Assembly (NCBI GenBank): GCA_014905635.1
Contig: JABVCE010000016.1
Coordinates: forward strand, 1 to 64,000
Origin: Scenedesmus sp. PABB004
Taxonomy: Eukaryota
DNA length: 64,000 nucleotides
Direction: 5' to 3'
The notes beneath the pieces are model-generated. The model saw only the letters and a list, made by a program, of their open reading frames with translations. It was not told the origin of the DNA and did not search any database. The translations under genes and the position numbers were made by a program. Positions 12,460 through 24,420 of the stretch are shown here, one piece after another (the first letter of the stretch is position 1; each line of letters starts with the position of its first letter).

Positions 12460-15400
12460 ATGCTGGGCGCCGCGGCCGGCCTGCACGGCCCAGGTGCGCG
12501 GCGGCCGGCCGCAACCGCCGGCGGCAGCAGCGGCGGCAGCGGCGCCAACAATGCGCGCGTCCCGGTTGGCCTGCGCGCTGCCGCGCCGCCCGCGGCGAGC
12601 AGGAGCCTGGCGGAACCGCTGCGGGGCGGCCAGCCGCGCTCCGGCGCGCGCGCACGCACACATCGCTGCCGCTGCTGCCGCGCGCCGCAGGCCTGGCGGC
12701 GGTCGCCGGGCCGCTGTCGCGCGCGCTGGCGCACGCGGCCAGCAGCTTCGGCTGCATGACGCAGCCCAGCACGGCCGGCGCGCGGCGCCTGCTGGGCGCG
12801 CTGGGCGCCGGCGCCGGCCAGCCGGCGCCCAGGCCCCAGGCGCAGCGCCCCAGCCGCGCGGCGCTGCTGCCGCGGGCGGCGCTGCCGCTGGTCGTGGCGG
12901 CTGCCGGCGGCGCGGAGCCCGCAGCGCCTGCCGCGGGCAGGAAGCGGCGGACGGGCAGGGCCGCGGCCCCCGCCCCGCCCGCGCCCGCGCCGCCGCCCGC
13001 AACGCAGCCGGCCGCCGCGCCGGCGCCCGCGCCCGCCAGGGGCGGCCGCGCCGCCACCGCGGGCGCGCCGCGGACGCGTAGGACCGCCCCGCCCGCCCCG
13101 CCCGCGGAGGGGCCGGCCGCGCCGCCGGCGCCCGCGGCCGCGAGGACCGCCAGGGGCCGCCGTGCCGCGGCCGCGGCCGCGCCGCCGCCGGCCGACGCCG
13201 GCGACGCCGGCGCGCTGGCGGCGCGCGCGCGCGCGCTGGCGGCGCGCCTGGAGCGCTACTGGTCGTCATATGACGCCGGCGCACCTGAGGTGGACGACGC
13301 CGTGTACGACTCGGAGGCCGCCGCGCTGCGGCGCCTGCTCGCGGAGCTGCGCCGCGCCGGCGGCGCCGCCGAGGCGGACCGGCTTGAGGCGGCGAGCCCG
13401 CTCGCGCGCGTGGTGCGCGGCGCGGCGCGCGCGTGCCCGCCCCCGCCGCCCCCGCCGTCTGTTCCCCCGCCCCAGGCCCCCGCCCTCCCTCCCTCCTCCC
13501 CCAACCTCCGACCGCCAGGGCTCACCCGCCAACGTCGCGGCGTCGGGCCTGCGGCGGTCGACGCACCCCAGCCCCATGACGAGCCTCGCCGCGGTGCGCG
13601 ACAAGGCCGAGCTGCTGGCCTGGGGCGCCCGCCTCGCGCGCGCGGGCGGGGTCGACGCCGAGGCTGACGCCTGGGTGGTGGAGCCCAAGGTGGACGGCCT
13701 CGCCGTGCGCGCGGTCTACCGGTGAGCCCCGCCCCGCGCCGCGCTGCGCCGCGTGCCGCCGCGCCATGGCTGCGCCGCGACACCGCCCGCGCCGCCAGCG
13801 CCGACGTGCTGCGCGCCCGCGCCGCCCGCGCCGCCCCGCCCGCGCCAGCTGGGGCGTCTTTGCCAGCGCGGCCACGCGCGGCGACGGCGCGGTGGGCGAG
13901 GACGTGAGCCACAACGCCGACCACGACGGCATCGCGGGCCTGCCACGCGTGCTGAAGCTGTCCCGCCTCGGCGGCGCCGACGCCCTGCCCCTGGTCGAGG
14001 TGCGGGGCGAGGTGTTCATCACCGCAGACGACTTTGAAAAGGTGGGCGGGCAGGAGAGAGGGGCCTGGGCGGCGCAGCGCGCGCCGACCTCAGCTCGCGC
14101 TCGAGCGCAAGCGCGGGCCCCAGCAGCGCAGCTGGCTGGGTGCGGCGGCGGCGGCAGCGGACAGGCCGACACGCGCCGCGCGCCGCCGCGCCGGGCGCAG
14201 GTCAACGCCGCGCAGGTCGCGGCGGGCGCGCCGCCGTTTGCGTCGCCGCGCAACGCCGCGGCGGGCAGCCTGCGCCTGCTCGACCCGGACGAGGCCGCGG
14301 CGCGGCGGCTGAGCTTCAAGGCCTATCAGCTCATCCTGCCGGAGGTGCGTGCGCCAGAGCAGGCAGGGGGCAGCCGGGCGGTCGTGCGCACGCGTGCGAT
14401 TGCGGGCTGCGCGGCCGCGCGATGCCGAGCGCCGCCGCCGCCGCCGCGCCGCGCCGCGCGCGCGCAGGGCGCGCCCCGCGCGCCGGCGACCCAGGCAGCG
14501 GCGCTCGCGTGGATGAAGCGCGCGGGCATCGCGACGACCGCGCCGCCGGACGGCGTGGGGCCGTGGCGGGGCTTCTCCGCGGCGGTGGAGGCGGCGGAGC
14601 GCTGGATGGAGGCGCGCGACAGTCTGGGTGCGCGAGGCGCGGGCGCTCAACTGCCGCGCCGCCCCCCGCGCGAGCCAGCGGCCGCCGCCTGGGCGCTGCC
14701 CGCCGCCTGGGCGCTGCCCGCCGCCTGGGCGCTGCCCGCCCGCCCTGCCCCTGCCCCGACCACCCAACGCCGCGGCCGCCCCACCCACACCCCACAGGCT
14801 ACGAGGTGGACGGCGCGGTGCTGAAGCTCGACTCGCTCGCGCAGCAGGCGGCGCTGGGCGTGGACGGCGGGCGCGACCCGCGCTGGGCGGTCGCCTGGAA
14901 GTTCCCCGCCAAGCTCGCGACGACGCGCCTGCTGGGCATTGACTGGAGCGTCGGGCGCAGCGGCGCGGTGCGGCTGCGCCGCACGCGCGCGCGTTGGGCG
15001 GGCGCGCTGCGCGCCGCGCCGTGCCGTGCGCCCTGCTGTGCAGCGGCGCTGCCTGACCGCCGCCGCCGCCACCGCGCGCGCGTTGTCCGCCGCGGCGCAG
15101 CTCACGCCCGTGGCGCACCTCGAGCCGGTCGTGATCGGCGGCGTGACGGTGCAGCACGCGTCGCTGCACAACGTGGGCCAGCTGCGCACGCTGCGCCTGC
15201 GCGGGGGCGACGTCGTCACGGTCAAGCGCGCGGGTGACGTCATCCCCCAGGTGGGCAGGCTGCCCCGCCGGCACACACGCAGCCCAGCGCCGCGTGCACG
15301 CATCGCCCGGCGGCCTGCCCGCGCGCGCCGTGGGCCCACGCGCGCCGCGCCGCGCCGCGCCGCGCCCCGCGCCGCGCGCCGCGCGCAGGTCGTGGGCGTC

Positions 15401-16719
15401 CTGGCCGACGCGCGCCCCGCCGCCGGCGGCGGCGCGCCGTTTGAGGAGCCGTCGCACTGCCCGAGCTGCACGCAGCCGCTGGCCTTCGTCGCGCCCAAAT
15501 CGGCCGGCGCGGGCGGGCACCTGTGGTGCGCCAACCCGGCCTGCCCCGCGCAGCAGCTTGCCCGCGTGCAGCACTTTGTCGCCGTCTGCGTCGAGGGCAT
15601 CGGCGACGCGACGGCGCAGGAGCTCTGGGCGCGCGGCTGGCTGCACACGCCGGCGGGGCTCTACCGCCTCACCGCGGTGCGCCGCCCGCGCCCGCGGCGC
15701 TGCGCATGCCGGCGCCGCGCCCGCCGGCCGCGCGCGCCGCCGCCGCGCCGCCCAGCCGAGCCGAGCGCGAACCCGCGCCCACGCCGCGCCGCGCCGCCGC
15801 GCAGGCCGACCTGCTGACGCTGCCGGGCGTGCGCGAGCGCAAGGCCGCCAAGATGCTGGCCGCCATCGACGCCAGCCGCCGCATGAGCCTCGCCACGCTG
15901 CTGGCCGGCCTCGGCATCCCGTGAGCGCGCGCGCCACGCCGCGCCGCGCTGCGCCGCGCCGTGCGCCCGCGCCGCACCGTGAGCCGACCGCGCCGCCGCT
16001 GGTCGGCCGGCCGCAGGGTCGTGGGCGCCCGGCAGGCGGCCAACCTGGCGGCGCGCTACAAAAGCATGAAGGCCCTGGAGCTGGCGGTCAACAGCGCCGC
16101 GACGAGCGCCGGCGCGGGCACGGCCGCCGCGGCCGCCGCGGCCGCGGCCGGCGCGGGTGCGGCCACGGCCGCGGGCGGCGCGCCGCCGCCGCCGATCGGC
16201 GGCGTGCTGGGCGCGAGCCTCGCCGCCTGGTTCAGCCACGCCGACAGCAAGCTGCTGCTCAACGGGCTGCGCCAGGGCGGCGTCGCGTGCTGCCAGGAGG
16301 ACCCCGCCGCGGCCGAGGCCGGCGGCGCGGCCGCGCTCGAGGCCGCCGGCGCGGCGCCCGTGCCCGGCGGCATCCCGGGCCTGACCGGGCCCGGCTTCCG
16401 CGACGTCGCGCCGCTCGAGGGCATCTCCATCTGCGTGACGGGCAGCCTCGGCGCCGCGCGGCTCTCGCGCCGCGAGCTCGCAGCGTCGTTCATCGAGGAC
16501 AAGGGCGGCGAGGTGCACGGCAGCGTCAAGCGCACCACGCGCTGGCTCGTCACGGGGCTGCGCCCGGGCGCGGCCAAGCTCGCGGCCGCGGCCAAGTGGG
16601 GCACGCGCGTGCTCGACGAGGCGGGGTTCATGGAGGAGGTCGAGCGCCTCACGCTCGCCAAGCAGGGCTACGTCGCCGACGGCGAGCGCGGCGCGACGTC
16701 GGGCGCGTTCCGCGTCTGA
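12460..16719 (+). CDS. ligA: NAD+-dependent DNA ligase (LigA family), multi-exon, with a long transit-peptide-like N-terminus
   Basis: Domain Ia [12 protein letters not shown]; motif [63 protein letters not shown]-fold [31 protein letters not shown]4 zinc finger CPSC..CANPAC; HhH motifs; BRCT ([21 protein letters not shown]). Start inferred (ATG 12460 or 12376, spliced 12493/12691); TGA at 16719. Confidence 0.95.
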
Positions 16720-17012
16720 GGGCCGGCGGCGCGGGCGCGTGCGCGCCTCGCGCCGGCGCTTGGGCGCGGCGCGGGGCGCGCGGTTCAGTTCGGCGCGGCC
16801 GGCGGCCCGCAATAACGAGCATCGCGGCGAGGTCGGGGCCAGGGGCACGCGGGCGGGCATTTGCCATTGTTTGCATTGCGGCGGCTGCGGGCGCGGCCAC
16901 GAATAAGCGGCGCTGAAACACGCGCCGCCGGGGGCGGGGGCGGGGGCGCGGGTTGCAACGCTGGCCTGCACTCCCCTGCGAGCAGCCCCGCCCCGCCCAG
17001 CCAGCGGCCAGT

Positions 17013-19070
17013 TCAGCGCGCGCCCGTCGCCCCGGTGCTGCCACGACCACCGCCGCCGCCGCTGGCCAGCGCCGCCAGCTGCGCACGCGCCGCGCCGAGC
17101 AGGCGCGCGTTGACCGCCCGCTCACGCGCGTCCATGAGTGCGTCGTCGTCCAGCGCCTGTGTAGCGAGTGGGGCAGGGCAGGGGCGCTCAGCGCTCAGCG
17201 CTGGTGGCTCAGCGCTGGCGGCTCCGCAGACGGCTCGGGCGGCGCTGCGGCGCGAGCGCGCACCTGGCGCGCCTCTGCGTCGGCGATCTGCGCCGCCAGC
17301 GCGGCTGCGTACGCGGCGTTGCGCGCCGCGCGCTGCGCGGCGCCGAGCGCCTCGCTGGCGGCGACCGCCTCCAGCTCCGCCTGCATCTCCACGCGCGCGC
17401 GCGCCTGCTCCGCGCGCGCCGCCTCCTGCGCCGCGTTCCTCGCAGCGGCCGCGGCCGCCGCGCACGCCCGGCGGTCGGCCGCCGCCGCCGCGCGCTTCTC
17501 CAGCTTGGCGGCGTGCTTCGCCTGCGTGCGTTGGCGGCGGCGGCGTCAGCACGCGCGGCGCGCCCTCCGCCGCCGCCGGCTCTCTCGCAGTCGGCTCTCG
17601 TCGCACCTCCGCCTCCGCCGCCGCGCGCGCCTCGCTCGCTGCAATGAGCCGCTCCTCGCGCTCCGCGCGGCTGCGGCTCTCCGCCACCGCCGCGGCGCCC
17701 GCCTGCGCGCACGCCGCGCGGCGCGGCCGGGCAGGAGCGCGGCGGTTGTGCGCCGTGCCGCCGGCGCTGGGCCCTGCAAGGGGGCCCACGGTGCGTGTGC
17801 ACAGGCCGCCCCGCCCTCACCGCACCTGCTCCGTGCGCGCCGCAATGTTGGCGCGGAAGGCGTCCAGCGCCGCCTCGCGCGCGGCCTCCTGGCGCGCCAG
17901 CGTGCTGCGCGGCGGCGTCGGCGGCGGTGGCGGCGGCGGCGGCGGCAGCGGGCAGCAGGGTGCGCGTCAGGCGCTGTGGAGCTCAGCACGCAGGCCTGCG
18001 CACGCCCGGCGGGCCAGGGCTGACCCCTTCCGGGCGCCGGTCAGGGCCGCGCCTGATGGTCTCCCGCATCAGCTCCTCGTCGCGCCGCTGCTGCTCCGCG
18101 GCCGCGGCGCGCCTGGCCTCCAGCGCCGCCGCGTTTGCGGCGCGCGCCACGCCCGCGTCGGCGCGCGCGCCCGCGGCCTTGGCCGCGGCCGCGGCCCGCG
18201 CCGCGGCGGCCTGCTGGTCGAGCGCGGCCAGCAGCCGTGCGCCCTCGCGCGCCTTCTTGCCCGCCGCGCGCGCGCGGGCGGCCTCGGCGGCCGCACACTG
18301 CGGCGGCGGCAGCGGGGGCGCGCGGGGCGCTGAGCTGCGCTGCAGCGCCGCCAGCCAGCATTGCTTGCGCCCACACTCGACACCGTCAGCCGCGCGCGTC
18401 GGCAGGCTTGACTTCGGCGCACCTGCTTCTCCTGCTCAGCTTTGAGCCGCCGCCCAGCCTCGGCCGCTGCCGCGGCTCGGCCCGCCTCCTCGGCGGCGTG
18501 CGCGGCCACGTCGGCGAGCGTAGCCGCGAGCTCGGCGGCGCGCGCCTCGGCCTCAGCGCGCCGGGCGGCCTCGTGCTCGCCCAGCTGCGCGTCGAGCGCC
18601 GCGCGCTGCCGCGCCTGGGCCTCGGTCTTGGCCGCGCCGCGGGCCGCGGCCTCCGCGCCCGCGAGCGACGCCTCAAGCTGGTCCAGCACGGCCCACTCGC
18701 TGCCAGCCTTCACCTTGACACGCGCAGCGTGGTGGTGCACCGCGCCGCCGCCCGCGGCGCCGCCGCCAAACTCGGTGGCGTACAGGGACGCCGGCGGCGC
18801 CTCCAGCAGCTCTGGCGGCGGCACGGCCGCCGCGCCGCCGCGCGGGGGCGGGCGGCGCGCGGCTGCGCGCAGGTCGGCGTGGCGCCGCTGCGGCGATGCG
18901 TGCTGCTTTGCGCGGCTGGGCAGGTCGGAGGTGCCAGGCTGGGCGCGTTGCACGTCGATGAGGGTCGTTCGGTGCTTGGCAGGGCCGAGCGAGACGCGAG
19001 TCAGCGCGCCGGACGCCAGCGCCGCGGCGAGCCGCTCCTGCTTGCCCTCCAGCTCCCCCGGGCGCCCCAT
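17013..19070 (-). CDS. Ala/Glu/Arg-rich coiled-coil protein of unknown function, multi-exon
   Basis: ATG 19070 (MGRPGELEGKQERL), SEWAVLDQLE followed by long helical heptad-like exons with GT-AG boundaries. Confidence 0.6.
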
Positions 19071-19228
19071 GGCGCGTGCGCGTGTTGGAGAGCGGCAGCG
19101 AGCTAGCGGCACCGCTGTCCGCCGGGCGTGCTGCTCGCTGCTGCTGTCGCGCGCCGCCGCGGTCCTCAGGCGGCGCTGCCGGGGCGCGGGAACGTGGCGG
19201 GCGGGGCTCACGGGGCGTGTGGCTTCGG

Positions 19229-19233
19229 TTACA
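19229..19233 (-). promoter_or_regulatory. Putative TGTAA polyadenylation signal of the SDR gene
   Basis: TTACA on the plus strand about 120 bp downstream of the SDR stop; TGTAA is the chlorophyte poly(A) signal. Confidence 0.5.
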
Positions 19234-19352
19234 CGCGCCTGACCGGGGCGCCGGGCGCGCGCGGGGGAGCCTGAACCCGCCGTTGACTGGCCGGCCGCCC
19301 GTTTCGCTCGGCCATCGGCACGCGTGCCTGGGCCGCCCAGGCCATCATCGCG

Positions 19353-20934
19353 CTACTTGGCCATCGCGCGCGCGGTGCCGCCGCCGTCAACGGTGAGTGT
19401 GGCGCCCGTGCAGTAGTCGCTGCCGGCGGACGCGAAGAAGAGGATGGGTCCGACCAGGTCCTCCGGCTCTGCGAGGCGCCCCAGGGGGATGCGGCTCTTG
19501 ATATACGCCACCTTCTCCGGCGTGTCCAGGACCTTCTGCGCGCGGCCGCGGCGGCGTGGTGCGGGTGCGCGTGCTGGGCGGCAGCGCCGCCGGCCCGCCC
19601 GCCCGGGCGGCGCGCGTTCAGCGCGGCGCGGCGCGGCGCCCGCCCGCCCGCCGCGGCGCGCACGGTCGTGAACGGGGTGTTGGTCGCGCCGGGCAGCACA
19701 ACGTTCACGTTGATGCCGTCCCCCGCCCACGCGAGGGCGAGGCTCTTGGCCAGCGGCACCAGCGCGCCCTTTGACGCGCAGTAGGCAGCTTGCGACGCGT
19801 AGCCATAATTGGCTGGCGTCGCGGCGGCGCGGCAGGACCGCGCATGGGCGTCGCCGCCGGCACGCCCCGCTGCGGCCCCGCCGCGGCTCTGCGCGCGCAC
19901 CTGCGATGCTGCTGGTGATGACCACCTTGCCGCCCCGCACGCGCAGCAGCGGGTACGCCGCGCGCACGGTGTGGAAGGTGCCGTCCACGTTGGTGGCAAA
20001 GATGTTCCTCCAGTTCTCCTCGTCCGTGTCCTGCGGCAGCTGCGGGCGCGCGCGCGCAGCGGCGGGCGGGCGGCGGCGCGGCGCTCTGCGTGCGGCTCGT
20101 GCGGCTCGCGCGGCGGCTCGCGCGGCGTGCAGCGTGTCGCCAGGGCCGGCGGCTGGCCAGTCCACCTGCATCTCGCCGAGGATGCCCGCGTTGGCGACGA
20201 GCACCTCCAGCCGCCCAAAGCTCCTGCGCGGCGCGGCGCGGCGCGGCGGGTGGGCCGCGCAGTCGCGCGAGCGGCCGCCCAGCACTGGGCCAGCGCGGCG
20301 CCGCGCCGCGCGCGCCTCTCGACGGCGCCCATCGCGGCGTCGACGCTCGCCGGGTCGCGGACGTCGCACGCGACCGCCTCGGCGCGCACGCCCAGGCCGC
20401 GCAGCTCGCTCACGAGCGCGTCGCACGCGCCGGGCCGCAGGTCCGCCGCCACCACGTCCGCGCCGCACCTGCGCCGCGCCGCGCGCGCGCGTGAGGGCGC
20501 GAGGGCGCGCCGCAGGCGGCCGCGCGTGCTGGCGAGTGACCCACGCTGCGCGGCTGCGCGCACTTGGCAAGGCCGAGGCAGGTCGCGGCGCCCACGCCGC
20601 CGCCGGCGCCGGTCACCAGCGCGACCTTGCCCTCCAGCCGGAAGATGCTGCGCGGCAAGCGCCGGGCGGCGGGCGGCGTCGGCGAGCAGCGCCGCCGGCG
20701 GTGTCGCCGCCCGCCGGCGGGGCGCTATTCTGAGAGAGCGACCGCTGACCTGTCCAGGTAGGCGTGCACGTCGTCGGGGCTCCTGTGCTTGGCGTCCACG
20801 GCAAGGCAGCGGGAGTCGGCCTGCTGCCCTCCCCGTGCCCGGCCAATGATCGCGGCGCGCGCGCCGACCGCGATCGGAGCTGCTGCCGAGCCAGCCAGGC
20901 CGAGCAGGCCGGCGCGCGCGAGTGCGGGAAGCAT
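19353..20934 (-). CDS. Classical short-chain dehydrogenase/reductase, probable organelle presequence
   Basis: LEGKVALVTGAGGGVG, LVANAGI, catalytic S and YCASK, NVVLPG, IPLGRLAEPED, TGATLTVDGG. Confidence 0.93.
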
Positions 20935-21244
20935 GCCTGCGCTCGAGATTGACGACGTGCCTGGTCCGGTCCCGGGCTGCGCGCGTGTGCGGTCGCGCTG
21001 CGCTGCGGGGCAGCGGAGCTGCTCTGGAGGACCTGCCGCAGCTCCGGGACGGCCTGTAGCCTGAACCTGACGGCAGCACGCTGCGCCGGCCGCCGCGCCC
21101 GCTGAGTTCACAGTGTGTCGGCGCACTCAGTTCCCAAGTGCTGCCTACCCCGCTCGTTGGTACATGCGCCGCCCAAATCACAGGGCGGCGCGCCGCTGCT
21201 GTCACCGCTCCTGCTGCCGCCGCCGCCGCCGCGGGCGCCGCGGC

Positions 21245-23757
21245 TCAGTGCCTGCCCGCCGCGCGCGTGGCCTTGGTGTCCAGCTCCCTGGTCTCCAGGT
21301 CCACCACGACGCCCTGCTCCTCGAAAAACGCCAGCGCCTGCGGCCGCACCCCGGGGGCGTCGCGCGTGCGCCGGGCGGCGCGCGCAGCGCCCGGCAGCGC
21401 ACGCGCGCCGCCCGCCCAGGCCCCGCGCGCCCCCCGGCGCCGCACCTCGTCCTCCTGGTCGTCGCCCCAGCCGAGCTGCGCCGCGGCCCAGCCGAGCGGC
21501 AGGCGCAGCGGGTGGTACGCCGCGAGCAGCGCGCCCAGCGCGCCGCGCCGCACGCGCGGCAGCAGCTGGTCCAGCAGGTACGGCGCCATGCGCGGCGCCG
21601 AGGCGTAGGCGGACATAAACCCCACGTAGTGACCAGACCTGCGCGCGAAGCAGCAGCACCGCCTCAGCGCCCCGCCTCAGCGCCCGCAGCGCCCCGCAGG
21701 GGCTCGGCACGCGCACGGCGCAGGCGCGCCGCCGTCGAGGCACGCGCCGCCGCCGCCGGCGCGCTGCTGCGCGCGTCCGCGCACCTGTACGCCGAGACGG
21801 CCGCGAGCGCGTGCACGATCGCGGGGTCGCCGAGCAGGCGGCGCGGCACGCCGCACAGCTCCTGGCTCAGCGGCAGCGGGCCGAGCGCCGCGGCGTGCAG
21901 CAGCGCGTACGCGTAAAACTCGGCCGCGCTGCCGGGCACCTGCGCCGGCCGCGGTGGCGGCGGCTGCGGTGAGGCGGGGCGCGCGGCCGCGGCGCGGCCG
22001 CGCACTCCCCCCCCCCCCCCCGCCCGGCCGCCCCGGCTCGCGCGCCGCCGCGCGGCGCCGCCGCCGCCGCACCCCTGAGCCGTAGAGCTGCTTCAGCCGC
22101 GTGAGGCACTGCCGGAACTCCGGCAGGTCCCCCGCCTCCAGCGCGACGCGGCCGTGCGTCTCGTACGCGTCGCGCGCGAGCTCGTCCGCGACGCCCTGCG
22201 GCGGCCCGCGCGGGGAGGTGGGGCGCGCCGCGCTGCGCCCCGCCGTGCTCGGGGGCCGCCGCGCCGCGCCGCGCCGTGCTCGGGCCCGCCGTGCTGCGCC
22301 GCGCCGCGCAGTGCTCACGCCGCGCCGCGCCGCGCCGCGCGCCGCACCTGCACGGTGAGGTCCTGGCGGATCGACTTGAGCTGGCTGCAGGCGTGCGCGT
22401 AGGTGCAGCCGTCGCGCCAGCGCTGCTTGACGAGCGCGAGCGACTTGGCCAGCACGTCGGGCGGGCGCACGTCCTCCGCCTTGGGCAGCGCCGTCAAGCG
22501 CAGGTACTCCTTCTCGAGCGCGGTGCTGCGCCCGTAGCCGCCCGCCAGGCTCAGCCACGCGCCCGCCTCGCCGATGCCGGTGTCGCCCCAGCTCGCGCTG
22601 CCGGCCGCGGCGCGCAGGGACCCACCGCCGCCCGGCGACGCCGCCGTGGCGCCGGCGCCGGTGCCGGCGGTCGAGGCCTTGAGCGCCGCCAGCTCGGCGG
22701 CAAAGCGCTGCTGCCGCTCCGCGCGGCGCGCGCGCTGCTCCGGCGTGTTGGCCAGCACGGCCGCCATGCCCGCCAGCGGCTCGAAGGGGCGGCGGTGGTA
22801 CTGCTGCTGCGGCTGCTGCCAGCCGCTGCCGCGGCCGGCGCCGCGGCCAGCGCCCCTGCCGCCGCCGAACGCGGGCGCCCCGGCGCCGCCAAACGGCTTG
22901 CCCGCCGGCTTGACCGGCGCGCCTGCGCCGGGCCGGGCCGGCGCCGCTGCCGCGGCCGCGTCCGCCGCTGCCACCGCCGCCGCCGCCCACGCCGACGATG
23001 ACGCCGCGCCGCCGGGGCCGTCGGCCGCCTTGGGCGCGCGCACGGCCGCGAGCCGCTTTTCGATCTTGGCTTGAAGCTTGGCGCGCCGCTGCGGGTCGTC
23101 CGTGGCCTTGTGCTGCTTGAGCAGCGCCAGCACCTTCTCACCCACGGCCGCGTGCTGCGGCGGCAGCTCCTTGACGGCGCGCTTTGCCGCCTTGCGCGCA
23201 GCCTTGGCCGCCGCGGCCTCCTCCGCGGCCTGCTGCTCGGCCGCGCGCTTTGCCGCCTTGCGCGCCTTGGCAGCCGCCTCGGCCTCCTCCGCGGCCTGTC
23301 GCTCGGCCGCGCGCTTCGCCTTGCGCGCGGACCTGGCCGCCGCCTCGGCCTCCGCGGCCTGCCGCGCGGCCGCCTTGCGCGCGGCCTCCGCCGCCGCCGC
23401 CTCGGCTGCTGCCCGCTGCTTTGCGGCCTTGGCCGCCGCGGCCTCCGCCGCCGCCTGCTCCTTGGCGGCCTTGCGTGCGGCCCTGGCCGCAGCCTCTTCG
23501 GCCGCCGCCGCCTCCTTTGCCGCCTGCTTCGCTGCTCTGCGGGCCGCCGTTGCCTCCGCGGCGTCCGGTGCTGCGGCCGGCGCCGCCGCCGCTGCGGCGG
23601 CCGCCGGCGGCGGCTCTGGGCTGGCGTGGCGCTGCTTGCGCTTCTTGCCCGCCTGCGGGCTGGCCTGCTGATGCGCGCTGGCGGCACCGGCGGCCGCCTG
23701 CTCGCCGCCGCCGCTCGTGGCGCCGGCGGCGTCCGACTTTCGTTTCTTGGCGCTCAT
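21245..23757 (-). CDS. SAC3/GANP-domain protein of the LENG8/THP3 type with a Lys/Ala-rich N-terminus
   Basis: GRSTALEKEYLRLTALPKAEDVRP..LKSIRQDLTVQ, AYETHGRVALEAGDLPEFRQC, AEFYAY, APRMAPYLLD. Confidence 0.9.
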
Positions 23758-24108
23758 TTTATTTGGTGGCCGCTGCCGCCGCCGCTGCTGCACTGCACTC
23801 CTAGGCGTCGCCGCTGCCGCTGCAGAAAAAGGCGGGCGAACAAACTCGGCGCCGCTCCACGCCGCTGCCGCTGCAGCTGCGCGTCGGGCCCCGGCTTCCC
23901 TGCAGGCAGGCGGCGCGCGCAGTGAGCCGTGCTGCGGCCGCCTGCCCCAGGGCGCGGCACTTCCGGGAGGGCGGCTGCTGCCTCCGGCCACGCGGCGCGG
24001 GCGCCAGCGGTGCGCCGCGCCGCCGCTGCTGCTGCCTGCGCCACTGCGCCGCCGGCCGCCCGCACGCCCCGCCTGCCCCGCCCACGGCTCGGCGCACCTG
24101 CAGCCGCC

Positions 24109-24420
24109 TCAGAAGAGCGTGAACGGCGGCCGCAGCAGCACGCTCGGGCGCAGGAGGCCGCTGCCCAGGTCGGAGAAGGCTGGATGCTTGGAGTCCTCCA
24201 GAATCAGCGGTCCCGCCGCTGCCGCGCGCCGGCGGGCTAGAATCCCCGCACCGCGCTGTGGGGCCGCCTTGCGCGGCGAGGCGGGCTTCCTGGGCGCCGC
24301 GGCCGGCGGGCGGGGCGGCGCCTGCTGCCGCGCGCTGGGAGTGTCGTGCGGGCTGAGCTTGGGGCTGAGAACGCCGAGCTCAACCTCCTCCGGCAGGTTG
24401 GCGGTCTGCAGCGCGCTCAT
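24109..24420 (-). CDS. Small hypothetical protein (103 aa)
   Basis: ATG-initiated ORF MSALQTANLPEEVELGVLSP...PPFTLF with non-repetitive composition; no family recognised. Confidence 0.35.
   Translation of the reverse strand: MSALQTANLPEEVELGVLSPKLSPHDTPSARQQAPPRPPAAAPRKPASPRKAAPQRGAGILARRRAAAAGPLILEDSKHPAFSDLGSGLLRPSVLLRPPFTLF

Noticed and set aside
12460..16719. Bacterial contamination or an endogenous giant-virus segment as the source of ligA
   Set aside because: Host-like introns and composition, flanked by ordinary eukaryotic genes, with no other viral or bacterial genes nearby.
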